Assembly (NCBI GenBank): GCA_009859145.1
Contig: VRVR01000038.1
Coordinates: forward strand, 1 to 64,000
Length of the DNA stretch: 64,000 nt
Origin: Andalucia godoyi And28
Taxonomy: Eukaryota > Protista > Jakobida
Direction of reading: 5' to 3'
Shown: in pieces, positions 20,726 through 30,931 of the stretch
How positions within the stretch are numbered: the stretch's first letter is position 1
Layout: the number at the start of each line of letters is the position of its first letter
Program-made: the position numbers and the translations under genes
Notes under the pieces: model-generated
Databases searched by the model: none
Seen by the model: only the letters and a program-made list of their open reading frames with translations
Told to the model about the DNA's origin: nothing

Positions 20726-21997
20726 CTACTTGTTTGTACATGGCGATGGAACTGCCAACAACTGCAGCTGTCGTTCAAAGCCTTCGTTCACTTCGACAAT
20801 AACCCGCTTTGATCTCACAAACGCATATGCTTCTGAAAACGACATGCCTCTCCGTATCAAGAATGCAATGACGACCGCTGCGGACCTACTTACTCCGGCA
20901 AAGCAGTGCACAATGACTCGTCCGCCGTCGTTTTCTGCAAGGTCCAGGAAGGTGAAAGCCGTCTCAAGAGCGTCTGTCAAGTCCTGCGCGATCTCATCTG
21001 CAAGATCGAGCTTCATGACCCGCCGTGGCGACGCAATTGATTCGGGGATCTCGACTTCTTTCGCACAATTGAGAACGTGTGTAATTTGGTGCTTATCCAT
21101 GTCCTGCGCTGAACAAACGTGCTGTGCGGATCCTAGGAAGAGCCACGGGAAAACGGCGGAAGCCCAGTCCGACACAATCCGCTTGTTGCGGAGACCCGTA
21201 AACAATCTAGAATGGGCCTTTGCAATGTAGTCCTTTCTGAACATTGGTTCTCGTTGCACGATCTGCGATGGAATTTCTGCACTGTCATCGGAAACAATCC
21301 GAGAATGGGAGTCAAGGACAGTTTGCGAATGAAGCGAGAATTCAAGCGGCTCTCCAAGTATGAAAACCGCGTTGTTTGGGAACTCGCGCTTCAATGAATG
21401 AAACAGACGAATAGAAAGCGGTGACAACGGCGCACTGCAGGACGCAAGTGATTTTGAATCGACTATGCATACAGGAATGAACTCGCGCTGTCGGAAAACG
21501 AGCCTTTCGATGGGATCTGAAATGCGCTTTTCCACAAGACATAAATCGAAAAGCAGTTCCGTGGCAGGAAGTGCGCGCAGAATGCCTCCGACACTCACCG
21601 AGTTTGGAAATCGAAACGACGCAAATTTTGAAGGTGATCGCACGTCCAGAATGAGGCAGTCGTTGCCGCGCGCATGCGACGATATGTGCAAAATAAGCTG
21701 TGAAAGCGTAAGAACCGCATCGGACGGCACGGTGCAGTAATCGTGCAGTCGATTTTGATTTTGATTTTGATGTTGATGTTGTTGATGATGAAGATGAAGA
21801 TGTGAACACAAGTGTGACTGCGTACCAAGCGACGGCAAACACAGAGTCGGATTCTCATCTTGACTCTGACTGTGGCTGTGGCTGTGGCTGTGGCTGTGGC
21901 TGTGGCTGGGACTCTCACTGTGAACCTCACTGTGACTCTGGATCTGGATCTGGATCTGGACGGGGGATACCATCGCCACCGTCTGTGACCGGACCAT
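20726..21997 (-). CDS. Dual-specificity (MAPK-type) phosphatase with rhodanese-like domain
   Basis: CLILDVRS..FASFRFPNSVSV; WLFLGS..ITHVLNCA; active site VHCFAGVSRSA; NEGF..QL. Confidence 0.9.
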   Translation of the reverse strand: MVRSQTVAMVSPVQIQIQIQSHSEVHSESPSHSHSHSHSHSHSQSQDENPTLCLPSLGTQSHLCSHLHLHHQQHQHQNQNQNRLHDYCTVPSDAVLTLSQLILHISSHARGNDCLILDVRSPSKFASFRFPNSVSVGGILRALPATELLFDLCLVEKRISDPIERLVFRQREFIPVCIVDSKSLASCSAPLSPLSIRLFHSLKREFPNNAVFILGEPLEFSLHSQTVLDSHSRIVSDDSAEIPSQIVQREPMFRKDYIAKAHSRLFTGLRNKRIVSDWASAVFPWLFLGSAQHVCSAQDMDKHQITHVLNCAKEVEIPESIASPRRVMKLDLADEIAQDLTDALETAFTFLDLAENDGGRVIVHCFAGVSRSAAVVIAFLIRRGMSFSEAYAFVRSKRVIVEVNEGFERQLQLLAVPSPCTNK

Positions 21998-22555
21998 GGT
22001 TCACAAATGGGTGGTGTGGGCGTGCTGGTTTTACAGAAGAACCAATGCAGTGGATTATTTTAAAAAAATGAAGGGAATAAGAAAAGCGCAGTGAAGAAAC
22101 CAAAAAGAACTGTTAAACGTAAAGTTAAACAAATATAAAAGATTATTTTCAAAAAATTAAATAAACAATACAAAATAAAAAATTCCAAGAAGAAGAGAGT
22201 AAAAGAAAAACAACACGAAATACTAGATACAAGAACACCCCGACTCTCGATTCGTATCAAACTATCAACTCTATCAACTACTACTGTACCGTACGTCATT
22301 TTTCTGCTTCCGATCACCGCTTTTTTGACAACCACTGGAAACGAGCTGGAAGACCTGGTCATGAAACACTTGAGTCGTCGCATCGGAATGAGAATGATCA
22401 AGCAAGTGTTTCCCAGTGGTTTTCCTTTCGTTTTCTTATATCTCGTTTGCGTTTTGCTGTGGTTTGTTTGGTGCTTTGCATGTTTCTACTATTTCCTCTT
22501 CTGGGAAGTTATTATTGTTTTTTTTTCTGGCTTATGCTCTGATAACTATGAAAGG

Positions 22556-23500
22556 ATGAGCGGTAGACCGGCGACGATAGACGATGTCTTGCAAAACAGC
22601 TACTATCCGGCAGTGCTCGATCGGATGTCGAGAGGGGGCAAAAAACAGATGCTGCGTGACGGACAGTGCTTCCGACCGGGTGTGTGTACTACAGTCCGGT
22701 CGGTGAACAGCCTGTACGGCCCTCCCGTTCCGCGCCGACTCGCTCCCGATGAAATCACAAAAATACGAAATGCAATCGTGAAGATTCCTCCTGACGTTCT
22801 GATGGAATCGCCGAGTAGTCCGAAATCAGCGCGCAAACCACCAAGACCAAAGTCAAGTGGTGACGGCGACGGTAACGGTAATGGTAACGGCGGAGGTGGT
22901 GGTGCACGTTCGACGACGCCTGGGGGAAGGCCGTGGATGTTTGCTGCGCGTGCTACCGAGGCTGTGGAGCATTCGCCGGTTGCGAGAAGGAGGAAAAAGA
23001 AGGAAGGGAAAAAGGAAGAGAGCAGGTTGAAAGACGACCGTCTATTGGTGGAGGAAAGAACTGTGGACTGGGCACTGCTGGATCTTGATACGCCACTGCT
23101 GAACATGGAGCGATTGCCGTACCTCGATGAGTGCTTCCTCGTGCTGCAGAAGCTGTGGTCGGACTTTGGGTTTCCTGAAGATGCGCAGATCGATTCATCA
23201 AGACGAATCTTGGAGGACTCCCACAAGTCGTATGCTCGTGCATTGGCAGAAGTGAACTCGCTGCTTATTTACCGAGCTATGAGTGCACGACTTGTCAAGA
23301 AACTGCGATTGAAGCAGGAATTGGAGAGCTGCGAAGGCTCTCTTCTTCTTTCCGAATATAGGGCGCTCATGCAAGAGCTGCGTTCCTCGTGGATCGAGTG
23401 GAAAATGGCGTACCCATGGAACGCAGCCGGAATGGTGTTTCACGGCCTGAGTGTGGGACTTGTTGTTGAAAACGAATGCCGTAGACTCGGAATATGCTAA
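22556..23500 (+). CDS. Hypothetical protein with helical C-terminus (weakly MAP65/CCDC87-like)
   Basis: Open ORF from ATG 22556; LQKLWSDFGFPE..LAEVNSL pattern. Confidence 0.55.
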   Translation: MSGRPATIDDVLQNSYYPAVLDRMSRGGKKQMLRDGQCFRPGVCTTVRSVNSLYGPPVPRRLAPDEITKIRNAIVKIPPDVLMESPSSPKSARKPPRPKSSGDGDGNGNGNGGGGGARSTTPGGRPWMFAARATEAVEHSPVARRRKKKEGKKEESRLKDDRLLVEERTVDWALLDLDTPLLNMERLPYLDECFLVLQKLWSDFGFPEDAQIDSSRRILEDSHKSYARALAEVNSLLIYRAMSARLVKKLRLKQELESCEGSLLLSEYRALMQELRSSWIEWKMAYPWNAAGMVFHGLSVGLVVENECRRLGIC

Positions 23501-23761
23501 GAGCACGAGCTTTCACGTCAACTCTACGATCCCTTCTGGCTTTTATACAACTTTTTAGTTTTAATTTTATTTTTATAAAGAGAAGGCGAGCGACGGAAGT
23601 AATCCCCTCGTCCTTCTTCTGGATATCACTGCAATATTACGCTTCTTTTTAGAAGGGTGGTTTTTTTTTTGTGGGAGGGGGGAGCCGGTAAAATAATTGA
23701 TTATTCCGTCCATTCAATCCACGGGGACGCCCTTTCCCATCTTTCTTGTAGCGTGTTCGCT

Positions 23762-25657
23762 TTATGAAACAAGCCCGTGCAGATCGCTGGCCAGCGCCTC
23801 GTGATCGCGCTGCGTATTGAGAAGGCACGCTGCTGCTGTTTCAACCGTCGCAAGTGCATATCCGAGAGAACCAGTCATTACGTCATCTGTCACGAAATCA
23901 AGGATGATTCGAAGATCCGTGAACAACCGATGCGGCTGTGCCACAGACAACAAGTACGAGTTGATGGAAACCATGTCATCCGCTTCTAAACGCAGCTGGC
24001 GCGCAGACTGGGCGTGGAACTGCCGGACGCAATTCACAATCTCGTCCTGCAGATCCCCAAGTTTCTGGAGCTTCTTCATCGGTGTTTTAATCGTCGAGAA
24101 CTGACGAAGCACCTCCATTGCCGAGGCATACGATTCCACCGACTGGTCTCTGGCATCTTCGTTCTCCAAGCTGTGCTCAAAATCTGCAAGCTCAGAGTAG
24201 TCCACAGACGACTGTGATTCTGATTCGTGCATTGAGTCGATTTCTTGATTATCCTCCGCACCTGCGTCATTCGACGATGAATGCTCGAAAACCTCTCCGT
24301 CGGAATTCAGCCAGTATCGTCGCCGCACACCAAACTCCTTTGGATGTCCGTGACTGATCAGCACATATCGATCTTCCAGCAATCGATCATCGATTTCAAC
24401 TTCGGTGTCTTTGTACAAGCCTGCGATATCCTGGTCCACCATGCTAAACACGACATCTTCCAGCACTTGTCGCAAATCAGCTGTGCATGCAACCGGCAAG
24501 TGCGATGTCGCGCGGACATGCTTCTCGTAGTGAGAGACAAACGATCGGATGTCCGCCGCCCAGTCGACAGGCTCGATCGGTCCAGAGCGGCACTTGTCGT
24601 CAATAGAGCGCATTCTCTCGCGCAGCGCCACAAGGACCCGGCCAAAAGGATGAGCGGGAGACGATAGAACAGAGAACCAATACTCGGGCCTCACAACGTT
24701 TGTTCTCCATTCCTCCGAGTCTCGTTTTCTCATTTCTGCTGTCGTGGAGAGCTTAGAATAGTCCAGATTCGAATTGATGAAATACTCCCACTCATTTCCG
24801 CCAACGGCAATGATTGCACGCTTACATGACAATTTGAATGCCAGCAGTCTCTGTTGCAACGAGCTCAGATCATCCGTGCTCGTCTTGTTCTTTCGCACTC
24901 TTTTCTTCTTCTTCTGATTTTCCTTCTCCTTTCCATTATCCAAGCTTGCACTTCCCGGACACTCTGCATGTACAGCGTCTGCAGCAGGTGTCGAGTTTGC
25001 AGGCAAGGGAGACGGAGGATTGGAAAGCTCCCTCTTCATCGCATCGATGTGCTGTTCTTCGACGGACCTTCGCAGCATCCACAGCGGACGCGATTCCGGG
25101 ACCAGTAATGGAGCCAAGCTGTCGGATAGATGCTCCGACTTTCGAGACGACGTGTCTTTTGGCGCAGCACCAGCACCAACACCAGCACCAGCTGGCCGCG
25201 AAGAGTCCGCAGGAGTAATGAAAATATTCGAAGATGCTAGACCAACAGTCCTTGCTTCTGTGCACTGTATAGAAGATGCGGAGAAACGGGGATGCATCGA
25301 AGAACTCGGAGGAGACGTGGATGGCGGAGGTACAGGGATTGCAGGGGCAGATGGCGATGGCATTGGCGGTGGCGACGGAGAGATGCCCAGGTTCTTCGCT
25401 GTAAGACATGGGAAAGCATGCTCATCGATCGGAAATGTGGTAGAGAGAGACGGAGACAGCGCTTCCATCCGATCTAGACATTGTCGAAGCAATGCAATTG
25501 TCTTTGAGCGATCAGATGCCGTCGACGATGTCCGCAACAGCGAATCCGCGCCCAACGAAAGAGCAAGAGAATATGACAAGAATGCATCTCCAAAAGACCC
25601 CGCTGACTCCTGATCAAGGGCAGTGTGTATGCTGGATTTCCACGTCCTTGAAGTCAT
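23762..25657 (-). CDS. VPS9-domain Rab5-family GEF with MIT-like N-terminus (VPS9D1-like)
   Basis: TPMKKLQKL, LEADDMV, LFTDLRIILDFV, GSLGYALATVETA. Confidence 0.85.
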   Translation of the reverse strand: MTSRTWKSSIHTALDQESAGSFGDAFLSYSLALSLGADSLLRTSSTASDRSKTIALLRQCLDRMEALSPSLSTTFPIDEHAFPCLTAKNLGISPSPPPMPSPSAPAIPVPPPSTSPPSSSMHPRFSASSIQCTEARTVGLASSNIFITPADSSRPAGAGVGAGAAPKDTSSRKSEHLSDSLAPLLVPESRPLWMLRRSVEEQHIDAMKRELSNPPSPLPANSTPAADAVHAECPGSASLDNGKEKENQKKKKRVRKNKTSTDDLSSLQQRLLAFKLSCKRAIIAVGGNEWEYFINSNLDYSKLSTTAEMRKRDSEEWRTNVVRPEYWFSVLSSPAHPFGRVLVALRERMRSIDDKCRSGPIEPVDWAADIRSFVSHYEKHVRATSHLPVACTADLRQVLEDVVFSMVDQDIAGLYKDTEVEIDDRLLEDRYVLISHGHPKEFGVRRRYWLNSDGEVFEHSSSNDAGAEDNQEIDSMHESESQSSVDYSELADFEHSLENEDARDQSVESYASAMEVLRQFSTIKTPMKKLQKLGDLQDEIVNCVRQFHAQSARQLRLEADDMVSINSYLLSVAQPHRLFTDLRIILDFVTDDVMTGSLGYALATVETAAACLLNTQRDHEALASDLHGLVS

Positions 25658-25862
25658 TTCCGCATGCTTTGGTGGATCACCTTCTCCCGTGTGTAGTGTG
25701 TGCAGTTGGGTGCTGCGCGCGTTGTGCGTGATGGAGAATTTGTGATGGTTGTCACACAGAGTGAACCGCAATCGTCATATGGAGCGGAGGATTTTATTTT
25801 TGGCAAATCGTACAGCGGGAAGGCGTACGCGCGTTTGTGGGCATCTTCGGTCCCCAAAAGCA

Positions 25863-25916
25863 CGATGGGCGATGGGCGATGGGCGATGGGCGATGGGCGA
25901 TGGGCGATGGGCGATG
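25863..25916 (+). repeat. 7-bp tandem repeat (CGATGGG)n with G-quadruplex potential
   Basis: Seven GGG tracts separated by 4-nt CGAT loops. Confidence 0.85.
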
Positions 25917-25961
25917 GATCCAGCGGGAGTGGATGAAAAACAAAAATCTAGGGCTGATGAG

Positions 25962-27086
25962 TCAAACCTCGGGGGCAGAGCGCATTCCATCCAATTCCAA
26001 CACAACGGTCCGACTAAGCGCTGCGACCGTCTCTGAGAGCGCGCGAAGTGCAGGTCGCCCAAACGCATTTCCATTCAAATTCACCTTCTTCAGCGAAGTG
26101 CGTGACAGCATGGAACCCAACATCTCTGCGGATGCATCACCAAGCTCGTTGAACGATACGTTCAGCTCTTCGAGAGTCGGAAATTCCGACGCCAACTTCA
26201 GCAATTCTGCAAATCCAGCGTCTGTCAAAATGCTCTCTGCCAGCCCAAGTTTCTGCAGTCGCGATCCCAATCCCGCATGACGCAGAATATCGACACACTC
26301 GTCTCCAAGTTGGTTTGCAGAGACATTGAGATCCACAACACCAGAAGCCGCAATCGCATCACACAGTTTCTCAAATGCCTCTAATGAGAGATTATTGCAC
26401 TCGAGCGAAACGCAAGTCAGTCGAGTCTGTCCAACGGTCTGCGCCAGAAGCTCCATGTCCGCGTCGGAGAGACCGCAATTATCGAGTTTCAGCACTACAA
26501 CCTTGGACATTCCCAGCATCCCGATCAACTGTGCGACTCCTTCTCCTTCTGCGTTTCCATTCCCATTTCCAGAGAGAACAAGTTCGGTCAAGCTCGAATG
26601 CGCAATTGCACGGGCAATTGCTCGGAACCCGTCTGCCTCGATCACGGTGCTTTCAAGCACCAAGGCCTCGAGAATGCAGCTGGGGCTCTCAAGTGCATTT
26701 GCAATTGCTGCTGCACCAGCATCTCCGACTTCGACCATGGAAAGATTCAATCTGGCAACCTTTGTGGACGGAAGCACTTCACACAGGCATGCAACACCCT
26801 GTGAATCAAAGAAATTAATAGAGAGATCCAGATCGTGAACCTGTGAATGCGGGAGTGTTTCTGCGAGAATGCGCATTCCATCATTCGAAATGCGGTTATC
26901 CGACACATTGAGCACCGTCACCCGGGAATCTGGAAGAACCTTACACAGCAGTCCAATGTCGACATCTTCCAAATTTCGACAATCCAACGCAAGATTCGAA
27001 ATGCGTGTTGCCGGGAGGAGCGCAAATAGCTGGGAAACAGGAGCGTCTTCCAGCTCAGAAAAGCCAGTTACTGCTGAAACATCCAT
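25962..27086 (-). CDS. RNI-like leucine-rich repeat protein
   Basis: Repeated LxxLxLxxNxIxxxG units (VLNVSDNRISNDG, DLDLSINFFDSQG, ELNVSFNELGD). Confidence 0.85.
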   Translation of the reverse strand: MDVSAVTGFSELEDAPVSQLFALLPATRISNLALDCRNLEDVDIGLLCKVLPDSRVTVLNVSDNRISNDGMRILAETLPHSQVHDLDLSINFFDSQGVACLCEVLPSTKVARLNLSMVEVGDAGAAAIANALESPSCILEALVLESTVIEADGFRAIARAIAHSSLTELVLSGNGNGNAEGEGVAQLIGMLGMSKVVVLKLDNCGLSDADMELLAQTVGQTRLTCVSLECNNLSLEAFEKLCDAIAASGVVDLNVSANQLGDECVDILRHAGLGSRLQKLGLAESILTDAGFAELLKLASEFPTLEELNVSFNELGDASAEMLGSMLSRTSLKKVNLNGNAFGRPALRALSETVAALSRTVVLELDGMRSAPEV

Positions 27087-27531
27087 GAGCTGATCCTTTT
27101 AAAAAAGAAATCCTCCTCCTCCTCTTCCTCCGTCTTCCTCTTCTTGTTCTTGTTCTCGGAGCTGTTCTCGGTGCTGTACCAGGTGTTTGTTGATTCTGCA
27201 ATTTCCGTGCGCGAAAAATAAACCGATCCGGGAGCTTCAATTGATACTGCAGAAGTCGAGTCTTTCGGGGGAATTTTTTTTTTCTTGCGGAGAGAAATGA
27301 GGGAAAGGATTTTGAGCTCGGGAAATTCCCTCTTTATTTTCCCCTCGATATGTTGAAATTATTGTATTGTCAATATTGAGAAATCAAAAGAGAGTGGCGT
27401 TTCGGTTCGGTGATCGGTCAGGAAAATCGCATATCATTCTTTTAATCTTAATTTTTTTATTTAAAAAAAAAAAAGAAACATTATCTTTCGGGGAAGGGAC
27501 AGAAGCTGTTGCGGAGTGCTTCGAGGGGGAA

Positions 27532-28104
27532 ATGAATAAGCGGCAGGCTTTTGCAGGCGTGATTCTGGGAAGTCTATGCTTGCTTGTGCTGAGTGCAGCG
27601 CAGAGTCCGATTACTCCTGCAGGCTGGAGCTGCCGCTACAACACGATCATTCGAACATCGTCGGGGGTATTCCAGCACCAATCGGGTGAATATGTGGTAT
27701 CGAGTTCCGTGCAGGCAATTCGAAACACCGCGACGTCGGTGCTAGTGGGCGTTGTTGTTTCGTATGAGCTCTTTGACAAGCAGGCGCAGTACGATTATTC
27801 CGTCAACACAAAGCACTGCTCCAAGGAAGATCTAACGGGGCCCTTTGTGAACTATGTGCTTCCAGACCCATCGGCGACGAAGACCGTCGGCATAAACTGC
27901 CCGACATTGGAAGGACCCCCCGCGTCCACGCTGTGCATCCAGTATGCAACAAGTGTCAAGGAGTGGTATTTTGATGCTACGTCGCTGCTCCCGGTGTTTC
28001 TCATCGATAACTCAACGGACAGCAAGGCGCAGACTCTGCTGACCAACTTTTCTGCCTTGGAACCGCCCACCTCGCAGTTCCGTCCTCCCTCGTCTTGCTA
28101 TTGA
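27532..28104 (+). CDS. Secreted ependymin-related (EPDR/LolA-fold-like) protein
   Basis: Signal peptide; YDYSVNTKHCSKEDL, WYFDATSLLPV, C-terminal NFSALEPPTSQFRPPSSCY typical of ependymin-like proteins. Confidence 0.55.
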   Translation: MNKRQAFAGVILGSLCLLVLSAAQSPITPAGWSCRYNTIIRTSSGVFQHQSGEYVVSSSVQAIRNTATSVLVGVVVSYELFDKQAQYDYSVNTKHCSKEDLTGPFVNYVLPDPSATKTVGINCPTLEGPPASTLCIQYATSVKEWYFDATSLLPVFLIDNSTDSKAQTLLTNFSALEPPTSQFRPPSSCY

Positions 28105-28695
28105 GCGTCGCCTGCTGTACATGACAGCAACAACAAACAAAAACACGGTGTGCTGCACTGACAAGTCATCGGTTGCAGAATGACAATCCCCCTTCTTTCC
28201 AGCAGAGCGAGGCTCTGGGTATAAAAGGATCGCGGTTTCGCTTTTCTTCTCTTTTCCTATTTCTCTTCCTTCCTTTTTCTTTTTCTTATTTCACAAAAGT
28301 CGATCGGGGCTCGATTAGAGTCGCGTACCCTCCCTTTGATGGAGGAGGCCGTGCTTAGAGCCCCGTAGACACGCGGAATGCTTATTTGTCTTGCCGACTG
28401 GATTGATCTCGGCAAGAGCACTCGGCAGTCCTACAAACAAAAGCTAAAACATCTCGTATAATTTTCAACCAAAAAAAAAAAAAAAAAAGGCACCTAAAAC
28501 ACGAAACTTTTGGTAACTCTATAAACTGGCCAGAACCTCCATTCTTTCAATCGCCATTCACGAGCCAACCCGTCACACAAATCACGACGCTCTGCAAACT
28601 AGCTCATTCTCATTTCCAAAGGAAGTGCCACCGTCCTTTGTCTCGCATGCTGCGCCCCAAACAGATTATTTGGCGTAAAGTGACTTTTACAATCC

Positions 28696-28876
28696 ATCAT
28701 CGATTACAAGGAATCGATTGTCAGTATCCGACAGTGTCTCTCATTGGGTCTCGACCTGCACACCTATGCCGCCGCACCAACAACAGCAACCGATAGCAGC
28801 AATCTGCAGAGGGAAAAGGGTCGGCCTGCATTCAACAGCGACGTCGACGACCGCCAACTCAGCCATCCCATCCGAT
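28696..28876 (+). mobile_element. Family B copy 2, internally deleted (about 170 bp missing) derivative retaining the 3' structured tail
   Basis: Shares ATCATCGATTACAAGGAATCG and the block CTCATTGGG.CTCGACCTGCACAC..CATTCAACAGCGACGTCGACGA..CTCAGC..ATCCGAT with the reverse complement of 8597-8953. Confidence 0.7.
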
Positions 28877-29149
28877 CTTCCTGCTGTAGTATACTTGAAC
28901 GTCGATTTGTCGAAGTTAGGGCATCAAAGACTCCTCTATCTGCTGCACACTTGAAGCCGGCTTTTCTCTGCCTTTTGTCTGCTACTGTCTTTGTCCTTGT
29001 CTTTTCTCTTTTTTCTTATTTATTTATTTACTTTGCTAACCGTTTGTTTCCTCCCACTAATTTTTTTCATTGCTTTTTCATTTGTCCCGCGTTCGGACAG
29101 TAGGAGTCAAAGCAAGTACCAAAGAACGTGTCAGAGGACGTGTCAGAGG

Positions 29150-30553
29150 ATGGCTGCGATGGATGTTGATATGACAGAGATGCAGACTCCTGGACCAGTA
29201 TCTGGGACGGGTGCTCACGAGCGCGATGTTCTCGGAGAAATCCTGTCGGCCATGTCTCTGATTGATCTTTCTGTGACGCAAAAGGATGTGCGGCATGTTT
29301 CGCGTGCCCTGCGCATTGCATCTCTGTTGAAAAAGAAGATTTCTCCGGAAATTCTCGAGAATGCCCAGAAGCGCGCATCGTCATTTCGAAAATCAGAACG
29401 CGAGATCCAGCTGTTTCTTGCTTATCTAAAGGGATTTCCGTCGACCCCGTTCGGAATGGACAACAATAACTACGAGTATGTCCTACCGCTGGTGAATGCC
29501 GCCGTGCATGACAACCGCAGAACATCGGATCTGCTCGTCTCGAAACTGGTTTTCCAGTACTTTGTGCACTGGGAGAAGCAGACCGAGACAGAAAAGACGA
29601 GATTCGACATGGTGTCCTATCTATTTTCCATGTTGCGCACCGCTGCCTTGCGCCATGATGACTACAATGTGTCTTTATGCCTGAACCTTGCGCTTCGCAC
29701 GTTGATCCATGCAAAGAAGTTCGAGGCTGCAGAGCGCCTGTCGTCGCGATTGGAGTTTCCTGAATCGCGAACGGGCTCGTCGCAGTTCACCCGATATCTC
29801 TATTACATGGGTCACATCAAGGCTGTCCAGCTGGACTATTCCACGGCGGTTGATGTCTTGCAACAGGCGCTGCGAAAGGCACCGATGATGCGTGCTCTTG
29901 GCTTCCGATTGGCAGTCTCAAAGCTGTTGGTGCTCGTCATGCTCTTGATCGGTGACGTGCCAGAAAAGAGCTTGTTTGTCGGCAGTCTTGGACAGGCACT
30001 CGATCCGTATCTGCAACTGACCAAGGCCGTGCGCGTCGGGGATGTGAAGGCCTTTGTTGCGGCAGTCCAGCAGCACGCTGCTGCATTCGAGCGCGATGGT
30101 GTTTCGTCGCTGGTCCAGAGACTGCGGTTCAACGTTATCAAGACTGGTCTGCGCCGGCTGAATGTCGCCTACTCAAGAATTTCATTCCAGGATATCCGAT
30201 CCAAGCTCGGCCTTGAAAATGAAGAAGACGTCATCTCAGTCGAAATGATGGTTGCCAAGGCTATTCGCGACGGAGTAGTGGATGCCGAGTGTGTCCATGC
30301 GGATGATCAGAATGCGGTCGGCTTTATGAAGTCAAAGGATGTTGTGGATGTGTATGCAACACAGGATCCAATGCAGGCGTATCACCGCCGAATCACGTAC
30401 TGTCTCGAAGTTCACAACAAGGCCGTCAGGGCGATGAGGTTTCCCGATGATGCGCAGGCGCGAGGCTTGCAGGATGCTGCTGAGTTGTCGAGAAAGCTCA
30501 GGGAAGAGGAAGATTTGCTTCTCGAGGCAATGGAAGACGAGGACGATTTTTGA
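29150..30553 (+). CDS. PSMD3: 26S proteasome regulatory subunit RPN3/PSMD3
   Basis: LRTAALRHD, RYLYYMGHIKAVQLDYS, QALRKAP, LLIGDVP, PYLQLTKAVRVGD, RLRFNVIKTGLRRLNVAYSRISF, RITYCLEVHNKAVRAMRFP. Confidence 0.95.
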   Translation: MAAMDVDMTEMQTPGPVSGTGAHERDVLGEILSAMSLIDLSVTQKDVRHVSRALRIASLLKKKISPEILENAQKRASSFRKSEREIQLFLAYLKGFPSTPFGMDNNNYEYVLPLVNAAVHDNRRTSDLLVSKLVFQYFVHWEKQTETEKTRFDMVSYLFSMLRTAALRHDDYNVSLCLNLALRTLIHAKKFEAAERLSSRLEFPESRTGSSQFTRYLYYMGHIKAVQLDYSTAVDVLQQALRKAPMMRALGFRLAVSKLLVLVMLLIGDVPEKSLFVGSLGQALDPYLQLTKAVRVGDVKAFVAAVQQHAAAFERDGVSSLVQRLRFNVIKTGLRRLNVAYSRISFQDIRSKLGLENEEDVISVEMMVAKAIRDGVVDAECVHADDQNAVGFMKSKDVVDVYATQDPMQAYHRRITYCLEVHNKAVRAMRFPDDAQARGLQDAAELSRKLREEEDLLLEAMEDEDDF

Positions 30554-30665
30554 TGCACGGAGTATTGGTCACAGAACAGACTCCATTAGTTTGCACAAGT
30601 TGCCTTCTTCCTTGTTTCTCTTGCATCACACTCTTTCTTCTTCTTCTTCTTCTTCTTCTTCTTCT

Positions 30666-30700
<35 letters not shown>

Positions 30701-30931
30701 CTGGCCCCCAAAAACGTTACATTAAATAATTTCACAGAATTAAAAAAACAATAGCGAATACGTATGGTGAAGCAGAAAAGGACGGAAAGGTAGCATCGTC
30801 GAAAGGACGGTTTCAGGTAATTTGTATAACGGATCGGACAGCAAAAATAATAATAATAATAATAATAATAATTAACAATAGTAATTAACAGACAAGGACG
30901 GTGGAGAAAGAGCATGCTGGGAAAGGGGGGA

